Shown: positions 43,418 through 53,030 of the stretch, one piece after another
Numbering within the stretch: position 1 is the stretch's first letter
Layout: every line of letters begins with the position of its first letter
Assembly (NCBI GenBank): GCA_964371165.1
Contig: CAYJKR010000002.1
Coordinates: 8,828-72,827 of the forward strand
Direction of reading: 5' to 3'
DNA length: 64,000 nucleotides
Source: an uncultured Gammaproteobacteria bacterium
Lineage (GTDB): Bacteria > Patescibacteriota > Microgenomatia > UBA1406 > GWC2-37-13
Position numbers and translations under genes: made by a program
Notes under the pieces: model-generated
The model's database searches: none
Seen by the model: only the letters and a program-made list of their open reading frames with translations
Told to the model about the DNA's origin: nothing

Positions 43418-44509
43418 CTACACCTTGACTCTCTTTTCAATATTGAGAAGGATTCCAATTAGCGAAAAGGATATCAACAAATTGCTTCCTCCGTATGACA
43501 AGAATGGCAAAGGCACTCCGGTTAAAGGAAACAGCCCCGTCATCCCGGCCAGATTAATTATCAACTGGAGGTTAAAAAAGGCAAATATACCGGCGGCAAG
43601 AAGACGCGACAATTTATCCGGCGCCACCCTTATCAGGTGGTAGACTTTATAGACAAAAATGAAGTAAAGGGTGAGGAGAATTCCGGCGCCGATAAAGCCG
43701 TATTCTTCGCCGATTATCGCAAAGATCGAGTCGGTATGGGCCTCGGGTAAAAACAAATATTTTTGCCGGGAGGCACCAAAGCCCGCTCCCAATATTCCTC
43801 CGTTTGATAGCGAAATCGCTATTTGATTTATGTGATAGCCTATTCCCAATGGGTCGCTCGCCGGATTGAGATAGGCCATCAACCGATCAAAGCGATAAGG
43901 ACTCGCTTTTACCAACAAGTAAAAAAGCCCCGCTGCAAAAGGCGCCAATAAAAATAACGACGTCATATTCATGCCGGCCAAATAGTAGATTATTAAGGAC
44001 AATAAAAGAACGGTTATCGCCGTCCCCATGTCGGGTTGCAAGATTATGAGAAAAGTCAAAAATCCGACTAGAAAAATAAAAGAGGTAAACAGTCTTTTTT
44101 CATGATTTTTGAACCAGGACGCCAGGTAAATGATTACCGAAAACTTAGCCAGCTCGGTCGGCTGGACGTTGATGATTCCGAAATCGAGCCAGCGCCTGGC
44201 TCCCCCTGCCGCCCGTCCGATGCCGGGGATTAATACCGCCATGAGAAGCAGAATGGTAAAAGCCATCGACAGGATAGAAAAAAAGTAAAGCCTTTTGTAA
44301 TCAAAGAGGGAAAAAAATACCAAAACCCCGAGCCCCAAAGCCAGCCAAATCGCCTGGAGGCGAAAATAGTGGAGGCTTTCGCCAAATTCAGAAACCGCCC
44401 TAACCGAGGAGGCTTCGAAAATAAAAACCAAGCCGATCAAAGACAAAATTATCGGTATCGTTAAAATCGGAAGAAAAAATTTGTTTTTAATGAGAATGTT
44501 TTTAAACAT
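43418..44509 (-). CDS. ftsW: SEDS-family lipid II polymerase FtsW
   Basis: 363 aa, polytopic. Contains QPTELAKF, QPDMGTA, PEAHTDSIFA and GLFPLTGVPLPFLSYGGS. Lies in the dcw context. Confidence 0.92.
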   Translation of the reverse strand: MFKNILIKNKFFLPILTIPIILSLIGLVFIFEASSVRAVSEFGESLHYFRLQAIWLALGLGVLVFFSLFDYKRLYFFSILSMAFTILLLMAVLIPGIGRAAGGARRWLDFGIINVQPTELAKFSVIIYLASWFKNHEKRLFTSFIFLVGFLTFLIILQPDMGTAITVLLLSLIIYYLAGMNMTSLFLLAPFAAGLFYLLVKASPYRFDRLMAYLNPASDPLGIGYHINQIAISLSNGGILGAGFGASRQKYLFLPEAHTDSIFAIIGEEYGFIGAGILLTLYFIFVYKVYHLIRVAPDKLSRLLAAGIFAFFNLQLIINLAGMTGLFPLTGVPLPFLSYGGSNLLISFSLIGILLNIEKRVKV

Positions 44510-45338
44510 TGTCTATTTGGGCTAACTCCACTTTAATATTGGAAGAGTGCGGCTTTAAAAATAACTTCATAAGGCGATGGTAATTTGGGTTTAAGTCGGT
44601 GACAAAATAGGAGACTTTTCTCTTTTTTTCTAGTTTTTTTTCCAATTCCTTGTGATGCGATAGATATTCTTTCAATTTCTCGGCGGCCGGCTTGCCTTCG
44701 GTGACGACCTTTACTTTTTTACCGACTATCTTTTGTATCGGGTTTTTTAAAAGTTCATAGTGGGTGCAACCCAAGATTAAAGTGTCAATCTTCCTTTCGA
44801 TTAACCCCGCTAAATACTCTTTTAGAATAAACCCGAGTGCCAGATGGTTTTTGGTAATCCCCTCTTCAATAAAAGGAACGAGGAGAGGGCAGGCCTCTTG
44901 AAAAACTAAAGCCTTGGGCAAGGTTTTTTTTATCTCTCTGATAAAGGCTCCCGAGTCCACGGTCGTTTTGGTGCCGATAACCCCGACGCGGTTGATTGGT
45001 GAAGATGTATGGCTTTGCCCTATGTGCTCGATTGTCGGCTTGATGATACCCAAGACTTTTCTATCGCCATGGTGCTTTGGTAGATATTCACGCTGAATTT
45101 TTTTTAGAGCCGCGGCGGTTGAAGTATTGCAGGCGATAATAACCAGCTGGCAGTTTTTTTTGAACAAAAACTCGATCGCTTCTTTGGTAAAACGGTAGAT
45201 TATTTCCTCCGACCTGTTTCCGTAAGGGACTCTGGCGTTGTCGCCTAAATATACGTAATTGTATTCCGGTAGGTGTTCCAGAAAGGCTCTAAATATCGTG
45301 AGCCCGCCGAGGCCGGAGTCAAAAACGCCGATTTTCAT
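44502..45338 (-). CDS. murI: glutamate racemase
   Basis: 278 aa with IGVFDSGLGGLT, catalytic Cys blocks IIACNTSTA and LGCTHY. Confidence 0.93.
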   Translation of the reverse strand: MKIGVFDSGLGGLTIFRAFLEHLPEYNYVYLGDNARVPYGNRSEEIIYRFTKEAIEFLFKKNCQLVIIACNTSTAAALKKIQREYLPKHHGDRKVLGIIKPTIEHIGQSHTSSPINRVGVIGTKTTVDSGAFIREIKKTLPKALVFQEACPLLVPFIEEGITKNHLALGFILKEYLAGLIERKIDTLILGCTHYELLKNPIQKIVGKKVKVVTEGKPAAEKLKEYLSHHKELEKKLEKKRKVSYFVTDLNPNYHRLMKLFLKPHSSNIKVELAQIDNV

Positions 45339-46642
45339 AATAATTTTTTTACGACGCGATTAAATTCGTCTCCCCGGTGGAATTCGTTATTGAACATGGC
45401 AAAAGAGGTAGCTCCGGGAGAAAAAAGCACATATGACTCCCCGTCCATTTCTTTGGCCGCCTCAAAGGCTTTTTTGACGGCTTCGTCGATATTGTCATAG
45501 ATCTTGTCGGATAATTTTGAACCGTAAAGACTCTTTAACTTATCTAAAACCTGGTCGGTAAAAGACCCGCCCAAAAGAACTATCTTCTCGACTTTAGTAA
45601 GCTCGGCGAGTAAATCTTCGTAGGGCAGATTCTTCGAATTACCGCCCAACAAAAGAACGATTTTTTTATCGGCGAAGGTATCGATTGCTTTTATAGTGGC
45701 AACCGGAGTGGTCGACGTCGTGTCATTGACAAAGAAGACCTTGTCTTTTTGACCGACTAATTCCTGCCTATACGGCAGGCCGCGATAGTTTGAAATTATA
45801 TTGATAGCCCTTTTTTCCTCGACTCCGACTATTTCGGAGACCTTAAGGGCGGCGCCGGCGTTTTCCAAATTATGCTTGCCTTTGAGGTAAATCAATTCTC
45901 CCGGGAAATCTTTGTCGGTAAAAGTAATTTTCTTTGAACCAACTGTTTCGGGCAAATCAAATTTTTCATTGACGACAAAATAGTCCTCTTTTTTTTGGTA
46001 AAGAAAAATCGCTTTTTTGTCATAGACGTAGTCGTCCATATTATTGTAGTAATTCAAGTGGTCGGGGTAAATGTTGGTGAGAACGGCAATGTTCGGGCTA
46101 ATTTTTCGGCGGTGAAATCCCGAAAGCGCCCAGGAGGAAATTTCCATTACCAGCCAGTCGTCTTTTTTCAGGGTTTTCAAATAGTTGATGGTCGAAATCC
46201 CGGGAAAACCTCCGCCGAGGTAAACGGGAAAACCGGAAAGTTTCATTAAATTGAAAATCAGGCTCGTCGTCGTCGATTTGCCGCGGGTTCCGGTGATTCC
46301 GATTATTTTCCCGGAAAATTGGCTGACAAAAAAAGACAGCTCCATTTCAACCGGGATGCCTTTTTTTTCCGCAGCAACGAGCTCGGGAGTAGTCCATAAA
46401 ACAGACGGGCCTTTGAAAATAATGTCGGAAGACAAAAAATCTTCGAGGCGGTGTTCTCCCAAGCGATACGTAATGGAATAATCCTTGAGAGCATCAATTG
46501 AGGTTGCCAACTGTTTTTCGGTCTTTTTATCGGTAACGGTAACACGAGCGCCTAGGTCGGCAAAGTATTTAGCCATCCCGACGCCTCCACCTTGGAGTCC
46601 TAGGCCGACGATTAGGATTTTCTTTCCTGAATACCTATTCAT
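45335..46642 (-). CDS. murD: UDP-MurNAc-L-Ala:D-Glu ligase
   Basis: 435 aa with an N-terminal Rossmann GLGLQGGG, the Mur ligase P-loop GITGTRGKSTT and a FSPGATSF C-terminal block. Confidence 0.93.
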   Translation of the reverse strand: MNRYSGKKILIVGLGLQGGGVGMAKYFADLGARVTVTDKKTEKQLATSIDALKDYSITYRLGEHRLEDFLSSDIIFKGPSVLWTTPELVAAEKKGIPVEMELSFFVSQFSGKIIGITGTRGKSTTTSLIFNLMKLSGFPVYLGGGFPGISTINYLKTLKKDDWLVMEISSWALSGFHRRKISPNIAVLTNIYPDHLNYYNNMDDYVYDKKAIFLYQKKEDYFVVNEKFDLPETVGSKKITFTDKDFPGELIYLKGKHNLENAGAALKVSEIVGVEEKRAINIISNYRGLPYRQELVGQKDKVFFVNDTTSTTPVATIKAIDTFADKKIVLLLGGNSKNLPYEDLLAELTKVEKIVLLGGSFTDQVLDKLKSLYGSKLSDKIYDNIDEAVKKAFEAAKEMDGESYVLFSPGATSFAMFNNEFHRGDEFNRVVKKLL

Positions 46643-46688
46643 ACTATTATTTTACCATTTACTGATAAATGATTAGAATTAGATTGAC

Positions 46689-46717
46689 TTGACAAGAAAA
46701 AAAAGAAAAAGTAGAAT
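46689..46717 (+). promoter_or_regulatory. near-consensus sigma70 promoter for the plus-strand ORF embedded in the dcw cluster
   Basis: TTGACA (46689-46694), exactly 17 nt, TAGAAT (46712-46717), then 12 nt to ATG 46730 with no SD. Confidence 0.5.
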
Positions 46718-46729
46718 ACCTTCCATATT

Positions 46730-47140
46730 ATGACCGAATTTGCTGTTGTAAGAGACGTCCTTCCCCAAGCCGTCCAAGCCCTTGGATTAATCGCTCCGGC
46801 AATAGCTTGTTGCTACGTAAATCTAAAAAGAAATGGGGTCATTAAATATTTTGGTGGTCCTGGTAAAGATTATTACGATACTACCGGTAACGGCTTGTTA
46901 GACGTTGTTAAAATGAAACTTATGGCCCACGACCACGAAGTCTCCAATGTCAAGCCTGATACAAAAAAAGGTCAACTGGTTGTCTTAATTCCTAGAGGTG
47001 GAGCTGTCGATAAATTCGTCGTCGAGAGAGCGGACGTACATACAATTGATTTCTTACAGGAAGGCGAACAAATCCCCGGAACCGATCTCAAACACAATCA
47101 TAGTGGTAAATTGGGAATGATAGGACCTTGGGAACACTAA
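46730..47140 (+). CDS. hypothetical 136-aa protein, opposite strand to the surrounding dcw genes
   Basis: The only long ORF across this interval. It has an N-terminal hydrophobic segment and a DTTGNGLLD loop reminiscent of Ca-binding DxxGxGxxD repeats. Its stop lies 1 nt from the convergent mraY stop. Confidence 0.5.
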   Translation: MTEFAVVRDVLPQAVQALGLIAPAIACCYVNLKRNGVIKYFGGPGKDYYDTTGNGLLDVVKMKLMAHDHEVSNVKPDTKKGQLVVLIPRGGAVDKFVVERADVHTIDFLQEGEQIPGTDLKHNHSGKLGMIGPWEH

Positions 47141-47141
47141 A

Positions 47142-48182
47142 CTACTTCATAAACGAGATCATCAATCCGAAGATGACGAAGATAATCGAGATCAGCCAAA
47201 AACGCATAACGATTTTCGGTTCTTCCCAGCCGCGCTGTTGAAGGTATAAATGAAATGGCGCTACCGGCAGAATTTTTTTCTTTAAAAATTTTTTCCCGAA
47301 TAGCTGTATTAAAGAAGAACCCGCCTCAATGACAAAAACTCCGCCCATAATGGGGAGGGCAAAAGCCTTGCCCAAAATGAGCCCGATGACGGCAAAGGTG
47401 GCGCCAAAAGATAGGGCGCCGGTGTCGCCGACCATAATCCTCGCCGGATAAATGTTGAAATACAAAAACGCCAAAAGGCCGCCTAACCAGGCGGCGATAA
47501 AGAGCGACGTCGGGACGTCCAGGATGGAGCGGGAAACGACCCAAAAACCAATCAAGGCAAAGGAAAGAATTCCGGTGGCGAGCCCGTCCAATCCGTCGGT
47601 AATGTTGACGGCGTTGGCAAAAGCAAAGATAATAAAGGATGAGATCGGGATATAGAAGTAGCCGAGATTAAAAACGCCAAAAAAGGGTACGTGCATAAAC
47701 TGGATTTTCAAATCGGAAAAAAGCCAGTACGAAATGATAAACGACAAAATGAGCTCGAGGATGGCTTTGTGGCGAATTCTTAAACCAAAAAACCCGTGTT
47801 TTTTCCAGAGAAAGATTTTATTGAGGTCGTCAAAAATTCCCAAAACGCCAAACGATAGAAAAGTGAATAAAATAATTTTAATCTCGGAAGCAATCGAAGG
47901 ATAGTTGGTGAGGATTTTTTTCTGCAGAACCCAGTACATCAAAATAAAAAGGAAAAAAACCAACGTCGTTGTCAAGAGGAGCAGTATTCCTCCCCCGACC
48001 GGTATGCCTTTTTTATTGACGTTGAAACGGTCAAAAATCGGCGTCGGCTTGTTAAAGACGTCTTTCGTCCTTTGTTCGGCCCTCTGAAATTTTAGCTTGT
48101 AGAGAAAATCGATAAAGGGAACTATTAGGGTAAAGTTCAAAACAAAGGAGGCGAAAACCGCTAGTAAATATACCGATATCAT
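47142..48182 (-). CDS. mraY: phospho-MurNAc-pentapeptide translocase
   Basis: 346 aa, polytopic. Contains NAVNITDGLDGLA, MVGDTGALSFG and PFHLYLQQRGW. Confidence 0.95.
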   Translation of the reverse strand: MISVYLLAVFASFVLNFTLIVPFIDFLYKLKFQRAEQRTKDVFNKPTPIFDRFNVNKKGIPVGGGILLLLTTTLVFFLFILMYWVLQKKILTNYPSIASEIKIILFTFLSFGVLGIFDDLNKIFLWKKHGFFGLRIRHKAILELILSFIISYWLFSDLKIQFMHVPFFGVFNLGYFYIPISSFIIFAFANAVNITDGLDGLATGILSFALIGFWVVSRSILDVPTSLFIAAWLGGLLAFLYFNIYPARIMVGDTGALSFGATFAVIGLILGKAFALPIMGGVFVIEAGSSLIQLFGKKFLKKKILPVAPFHLYLQQRGWEEPKIVMRFWLISIIFVIFGLMISFMK

Positions 48183-48541
48183 AATAAAAGATTTAAAATT
48201 TTTGGTACGAAGATTATCGCCGCGATCACAAAAGATCCCACCGCATATAAGAGCATCGCGGCGGCGGCGACGTCTTTGGCGATTTTAATGTCTTCTCTAA
48301 TTTTCCGGTCTATGGCATCGGTGGTTTGCTCGAGGCCGGTATTTAAGGTCTCGATCACCAATCCGACGGTGATGAGAAAAACCACGATCAAAAATTCCAT
48401 ATAGGAAATTTTCAGGACCGCCGAGCCTATTAGCGAGATAACCGAAAAGAGCAAATGGATTTTATAATTCGGCTGGGTTTTCAGGGCCCAGGTTAGCCCG
48501 TCCACCGCGTGTTTAATGGAAATGGAATGTCTTTTAAGCAT
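48179..48541 (-). CDS. dgkA: diacylglycerol/undecaprenol kinase (DgkA family)
   Basis: Start chosen at MLKRHS (ATG 48541), which overlaps the upstream stop as ATGCTTAA. Contains EFLIVVFLITVGLVIETLNTGLEQTTD and AKDVAAAA blocks. Confidence 0.8.
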   Translation of the reverse strand: MLKRHSISIKHAVDGLTWALKTQPNYKIHLLFSVISLIGSAVLKISYMEFLIVVFLITVGLVIETLNTGLEQTTDAIDRKIREDIKIAKDVAAAAMLLYAVGSFVIAAIIFVPKILNLLL

Positions 48542-49508
48542 AAAATATTTTTTTAAGTGCGGCGGCGACTTTTTTTGAGTCGTGTCGCAAAATGCTCCGG
48601 TATAAAATATCGGACTCGTCGAGCTCGATCGGCTTGTTGTCGACAAGGTCGGCTTCGACAACCTTAGCCAAATCTCCTCTATTTTTTAGGTCATTTTCTA
48701 CCTTAATTTCATTATAACGCTCGTAGCTCTTTAAAACTTCCGAAGAGATCGGGCTGTTGTTGACCAGAATAACGTCTGGGGTTTTGCCCAAGTATTTTTC
48801 CAGATCCTTCAAGTGGTCATGGGCCGAATAGTTGGTGGTTTGGCCCGATTTGGTCATCAGGTTCATGATATAAATAATTTTGGCTTTTGATTTGAGTATC
48901 GCCTCCTTGACGCCGTTGACCAGAAGAACCGGAATGATACTGGTGTAAAGGTCGCCGGGTCCGACGATCAGATATTCGCAGTCGGTTAGGGCGGCGAGGG
49001 CTTTTGCGCTCGCTTTGCCCTCCGGAACCAGATAGGCCCTTTTTATTCGGGAGGAGGCGGCGTGATTTTCATCGATCAGCCCTTCTCCGGTGATAATCTT
49101 GCCGTTTTCGTATTCGGCGACCAGGTGGAGCTTGTCGACCGTCACCGGAATTACTTTGCCCTTTGTCTTTAAAACGTAGGCGGCCATTTCAATGGCTTCG
49201 TCATAAGACGTACCCACTTTCTCGAGAGCCGCCAGGAAGATGTTGCCAAAGTTGTGTCCTTTGAAATCTCCCTTCTCAAAGCGGTATAAAAAAAGCTTGC
49301 GCCATAGCAACGGTGCGTCAGAGAGAGCGACCAGGCACTGGCGCAGGTCACCCGGAGGCAAAACCCCCAACTGGTCCCTGAGGCGTCCCGTCGAACCTCC
49401 CGAATCCATCATGGAAACGACAACCGAGAGGTCTAGTTTTTCGTCTTTCAAGCCGGAAAGAACAACGAAGGTCCCGGTGCCACCTCCAACCACGGTAACT
49501 TTTTTCAT
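48534..49508 (-). CDS. YvcK/CuvA-like (CofD-fold, UPF0052) cell-envelope morphogenesis protein
   Basis: Start at MKKVTVVGGGTGTFVVLSGLK (ATGA overlap with the upstream stop). Family blocks MMDSGGSTGRLRD and GPGDLYTSIIP are present. Confidence 0.85.
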   Translation of the reverse strand: MKKVTVVGGGTGTFVVLSGLKDEKLDLSVVVSMMDSGGSTGRLRDQLGVLPPGDLRQCLVALSDAPLLWRKLFLYRFEKGDFKGHNFGNIFLAALEKVGTSYDEAIEMAAYVLKTKGKVIPVTVDKLHLVAEYENGKIITGEGLIDENHAASSRIKRAYLVPEGKASAKALAALTDCEYLIVGPGDLYTSIIPVLLVNGVKEAILKSKAKIIYIMNLMTKSGQTTNYSAHDHLKDLEKYLGKTPDVILVNNSPISSEVLKSYERYNEIKVENDLKNRGDLAKVVEADLVDNKPIELDESDILYRSILRHDSKKVAAALKKIFYA

Positions 49509-50776
49509 TTGTTTAAATTCGTCCTTTCTTTTCCTTTGATGAGAAAAACATTGTCCTTCAAATCGTTGCCGACAATTTCCGTAGGCGCAATCAGGCAATT
49601 CTTTCCAATCTTGACTCCCGGCGTGAGGGTAGCATTGACGCCGATTTTGCTTCCCGCCCCTACTACGGCGCCAAACTTACCTAGGCCCGAGTCGATTTTG
49701 TTTCCCTCAATATATGAGGAAATGTTCCCGGCGTCGAATCGGAAGTTGGCGGTAATGGCTCCTGCCCCCATCATCGACCGATCGTCCATGACCGTATCGC
49801 CGACATAGTTGCGGTGCAAAAAGACGCCGTTGCCGATGCTGCTTCTAGCCACCTCGCTGTGGGCTCCGACAAGGCAGTCTTCTCCTATTTGAGACTCGCG
49901 AACCATCGAGTAGTCGCCAACAATGGTGTTGTTGCCGATGAAAGTGGGTCCGACTATTTTGGCAAAGTCGCCTACTTTGACATTTTCACCAAAAAGGACT
50001 GGTCCGACAATAACGGCTTTTTTTGAAATTTGGCAGGAGGACGGAATCATTTCTTTCTTTATACCCAAGAGCAAAATCTTCATCATCGACAAGACGTGCC
50101 ATGGATATTTTAGACTCCCCCATATGCCGTCGTACTGAAAATACGCCCGATCCAAATCTGTTGCCAGCAAGCTATTTATGGCCCGTTCATACCGGTCGTC
50201 CCTTCCGGGCTTGGCACCCCGAATCGCCTTGAGGAAAAGGCCGATGTCGGAGATATAATCGAGGACCAATTTAACCACCTTTGACGGTCGATTAACGGGC
50301 GCCGGTTTTTCGACAATTTCGGCCGGCTTATTTCCGCCGTCAAATTTAAAGTACCCGCCGGGAAAATACTCGCTTAATTTTTTTCCAAACAAGACGATCT
50401 TGTTCACACCTGGCGGGGTATTGGTAATTTTCGAGAGGATAGAAAAATCGATAATGTCGTTGGCGTTTAATATCAAGGCTTCTCCGTGGACATGTAAGCC
50501 CGCGGAAAGGACGGCTCCGGCTTGCCCGGGTTCCTCTTCCTTTTGAACGATGACCTGAATATTTCGGGTGCCAAGATTCTCGACCAGTCTTTTGAAAGCG
50601 AGGGCGCTATCTTTATGGGAAACGATGATTATGTTTTCGGCGTATTTTTTTAGCTCCTCTATTTGGTAGAGAATCAGGGGTTGACCCAAAAACCGAAAAA
50701 GCGACTTGTGGGAAAGCGGCCAGAACCGCGTACTGTCCCCACCGGCCAAAATAAGAACGTTTTTTATGGTCCTCAT
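49505..50776 (-). CDS. sugar-1-phosphate nucleotidyltransferase with C-terminal left-handed beta-helix (archaeal-type GlmU-like)
   Basis: N-terminal ILAGGDSTRFWPLS (NTP-transferase G-loop). The C-terminal ~170 aa hold hexapeptide repeats (IGNNTIVGDYSMV, IGEDCLVGAHSEV...). Confidence 0.6.
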   Translation of the reverse strand: MRTIKNVLILAGGDSTRFWPLSHKSLFRFLGQPLILYQIEELKKYAENIIIVSHKDSALAFKRLVENLGTRNIQVIVQKEEEPGQAGAVLSAGLHVHGEALILNANDIIDFSILSKITNTPPGVNKIVLFGKKLSEYFPGGYFKFDGGNKPAEIVEKPAPVNRPSKVVKLVLDYISDIGLFLKAIRGAKPGRDDRYERAINSLLATDLDRAYFQYDGIWGSLKYPWHVLSMMKILLLGIKKEMIPSSCQISKKAVIVGPVLFGENVKVGDFAKIVGPTFIGNNTIVGDYSMVRESQIGEDCLVGAHSEVARSSIGNGVFLHRNYVGDTVMDDRSMMGAGAITANFRFDAGNISSYIEGNKIDSGLGKFGAVVGAGSKIGVNATLTPGVKIGKNCLIAPTEIVGNDLKDNVFLIKGKERTNLNK

Positions 50777-50796
50777 ATGTCAATTTTACCACAAGG

Positions 50797-52122
50797 TTAG
50801 GTGGTTTTAATGTCTCCTCCCAAGGCTCTGATCTTCTTAATGAAGTTCTCGTAGCCGCGCTCTAGTTGGGAGACGCCGTTGACGATTGATTCGCCCGGCG
50901 CCAAAAGGGCGGCGCAGGCCAAGGCAGCTCCTGCCCTGAGGTCGTTTATCGTCAAGACGCCGTTATGAAGGCGCCCGCCGCCGTGAATTTTGATCGCCTG
51001 CTTGTATTCTTTGCCCGACTCCCAATTAAAATGGTAAAACTCCTTTGGGTTGTCGACCTCGGGCTCAAAAAATTCTATTTCCGCACCCAATTTTTTCAAC
51101 TCCTCTACATAAGAAAATCTGTTTTCAAAGAGGCGCTCGTGAATAATGGACTCGCCTTTTGCCTGGGTGAGAAGAATGGCGAAAGTCGGCTGCCAGTCGG
51201 TCATAAAGCCGGGGTGCGGTGAAGTAATGATCGTTGCCGGTTTTAAGTCACCCCGATAAAAGAATCTGAATTTCGATGGCGTTTTTTCTTCCACCCCCGC
51301 CCCAACTTCCTTCATTTTTTCCAAAAAAGATTCGACCGAGGCCTTGGGAATGTCGCCTATGGTAACGTCGCCCTTAGAGGCAATCGCCAAGCTGGCGTAG
51401 GTAACAAACTCGTTCCGGTCCGAAATTATTTTGAAGGGAAATTTTTGCGAAAGCCGTAAACTCTTTTTGACGGTGACTTTGTTGCCGTCCTTTTTTACTT
51501 TGGCGCCCGCCTCGTTCAAAAACACTATCAGGTCGTCTATCTCGGGTTCGGTGGCGCAATTTTCTATGACGACTTCTTCTTCGGTCATCAAGGCAATCAT
51601 GATCAAAAGTTCAGTCCCGGTATGGGTCGGCTTGGAAAAACGATACCTGCCTTTTGGCGGGGACTCCAGGTGCGCCCGGTAGTAACCTGTTTTTGAGTCG
51701 TAATCGACCTTTACTCCCAGGCTCTTCATGCCGTCAACTATCCGGTTTATCGGCCTCTCGCCTAATCGGCAGCCGCCCGGGTTTGGGACAAAGCACTCGC
51801 CAAACTTCATCAAAAGAGGCGCAAAAAAAAGAAACGAAACCCTGATTTTTGAGCCATAAAACAAGTCTATTTTATTTTCCTTGAGCCCTTCTCCCTCGAC
51901 CTCCAAGCGGTTGTCACCGCTGATCCTGGCCTTGCCGCCGATGGCGGCAACGAGCTCGATCAAGTCCAAAACGTCATTAATTCTCGGAATGTTTTCCAAA
52001 ATGACCTTTCCTTCAAACATGAGGGCGGCGATGATGGTTTTTAAGGCGACGTTTTTGGCGCCCGACAAAACGACCTCTCCTTTTAATGGCTTGCCTCCGT
52101 GTATGGTGTATGAATTGGTCAT
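50797..52122 (-). CDS. murA: UDP-GlcNAc 1-carboxyvinyltransferase
   Basis: Start at MTNSYTIHGGKPLKGEVVLSGAKN (ATGA overlap with the murB stop). Contains PGGCRLGERPI with the catalytic Cys, and LRAGAALACAAL. Confidence 0.93.
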   Translation of the reverse strand: MTNSYTIHGGKPLKGEVVLSGAKNVALKTIIAALMFEGKVILENIPRINDVLDLIELVAAIGGKARISGDNRLEVEGEGLKENKIDLFYGSKIRVSFLFFAPLLMKFGECFVPNPGGCRLGERPINRIVDGMKSLGVKVDYDSKTGYYRAHLESPPKGRYRFSKPTHTGTELLIMIALMTEEEVVIENCATEPEIDDLIVFLNEAGAKVKKDGNKVTVKKSLRLSQKFPFKIISDRNEFVTYASLAIASKGDVTIGDIPKASVESFLEKMKEVGAGVEEKTPSKFRFFYRGDLKPATIITSPHPGFMTDWQPTFAILLTQAKGESIIHERLFENRFSYVEELKKLGAEIEFFEPEVDNPKEFYHFNWESGKEYKQAIKIHGGGRLHNGVLTINDLRAGAALACAALLAPGESIVNGVSQLERGYENFIKKIRALGGDIKTT

Positions 52123-53030
52123 ATAACGATTACCTCCTCTTTCAATTTTACTCCAAACTTTTTCTCGACTTCCGTCTTGATTAAATCGCGAAGTTTTATG
52201 AGGTCTTCCCGTCTTCCACCTCCCCGATTGATAATAAAATTGGCGTGAATTGGCGAGACATAAAAGTTGCCGACCGACCTGCCCTTTAATCCGGCCTGGT
52301 CGATCAAATAGCCGGCCGAAGTCGTCGTCAATTTCAGCCTGTTTTTCTCCGCCTCGGTTATGTTCCTGAAAAAACATCCCGAAGAGGCGATCCCGAAGGG
52401 CTGGGTTTTTTTCCTATATTCCAGGGCAAAAGCGGCTCTCTCCTTGAGAACCTTCGGGTCGACCTTTTTCAATGAGAAAATGCCTTCGAGGACGATTTCG
52501 TGGGTCTCTTGCAAAATGGAATAGTCGTAGGAAAATTTAAAGTAGTCTCGATTGACCTCCTTTACCCTGCCCTTGTCGTCGACTAAAAAAGCGTGGATTA
52601 GGTCGTCGCCAAAATAGGTCGGCGGCTTGGTCCATTTTGAGTTCATATAAATGGCTCCTCCGACCGTGCCGGGCAGCCCTTGATGGAGCTCAAATCCACT
52701 CCAGCCGGCGGCGACCGCCCTCGCAATCAGGAGCGTCATCGGGTAACCCGAAGAAATCGAGACAATAACCGAGCCTTCTTTTTCCTCAACCACCTTTAAC
52801 TCCCGGTAATCATTTTTCACAACTAGCCCCGGAAGTTTATCTTTCGTAATTGCCAAGTTGCTGCCGCCTCCTAAAATAAATATCGGTAAATTATTATCCA
52901 GGGAGTATTTTTTGGCGTCGATCAAGTCCTGCCTGCCTTTTGCGTCGACAAAATATTCCGCCGTCACCCGGGTCTTTAAAGTCAGAAAATTTGAAATGTC
53001 TTTGTCTTTTTCGACCTTGAAATCTGGCAT
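52119..53030 (-). CDS. murB: UDP-N-acetylenolpyruvoylglucosamine reductase
   Basis: 303 aa with FAD-binding GGGSNL, PGTVGGAIYMN and SAGYLID..GLKG. Confidence 0.92.
   Translation of the reverse strand: MPDFKVEKDKDISNFLTLKTRVTAEYFVDAKGRQDLIDAKKYSLDNNLPIFILGGGSNLAITKDKLPGLVVKNDYRELKVVEEKEGSVIVSISSGYPMTLLIARAVAAGWSGFELHQGLPGTVGGAIYMNSKWTKPPTYFGDDLIHAFLVDDKGRVKEVNRDYFKFSYDYSILQETHEIVLEGIFSLKKVDPKVLKERAAFALEYRKKTQPFGIASSGCFFRNITEAEKNRLKLTTTSAGYLIDQAGLKGRSVGNFYVSPIHANFIINRGGGRREDLIKLRDLIKTEVEKKFGVKLKEEVIVI

Noticed and set aside
52123-52377. 85-aa N-terminal extension of murA in the ORF track; similar extensions for the yvcK-like gene (49509-49598), dgkA (48542-48661), the GNAT gene (16005-16076), murG (42087-42110) and rsmH (59090-59122)
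   Set aside because: The extensions overlap the upstream genes. They lack homology-like sequence and are R/G/K-rich. In each case an internal ATG gives the canonical family N-terminus and a typical ATGA-type stop/start overlap.
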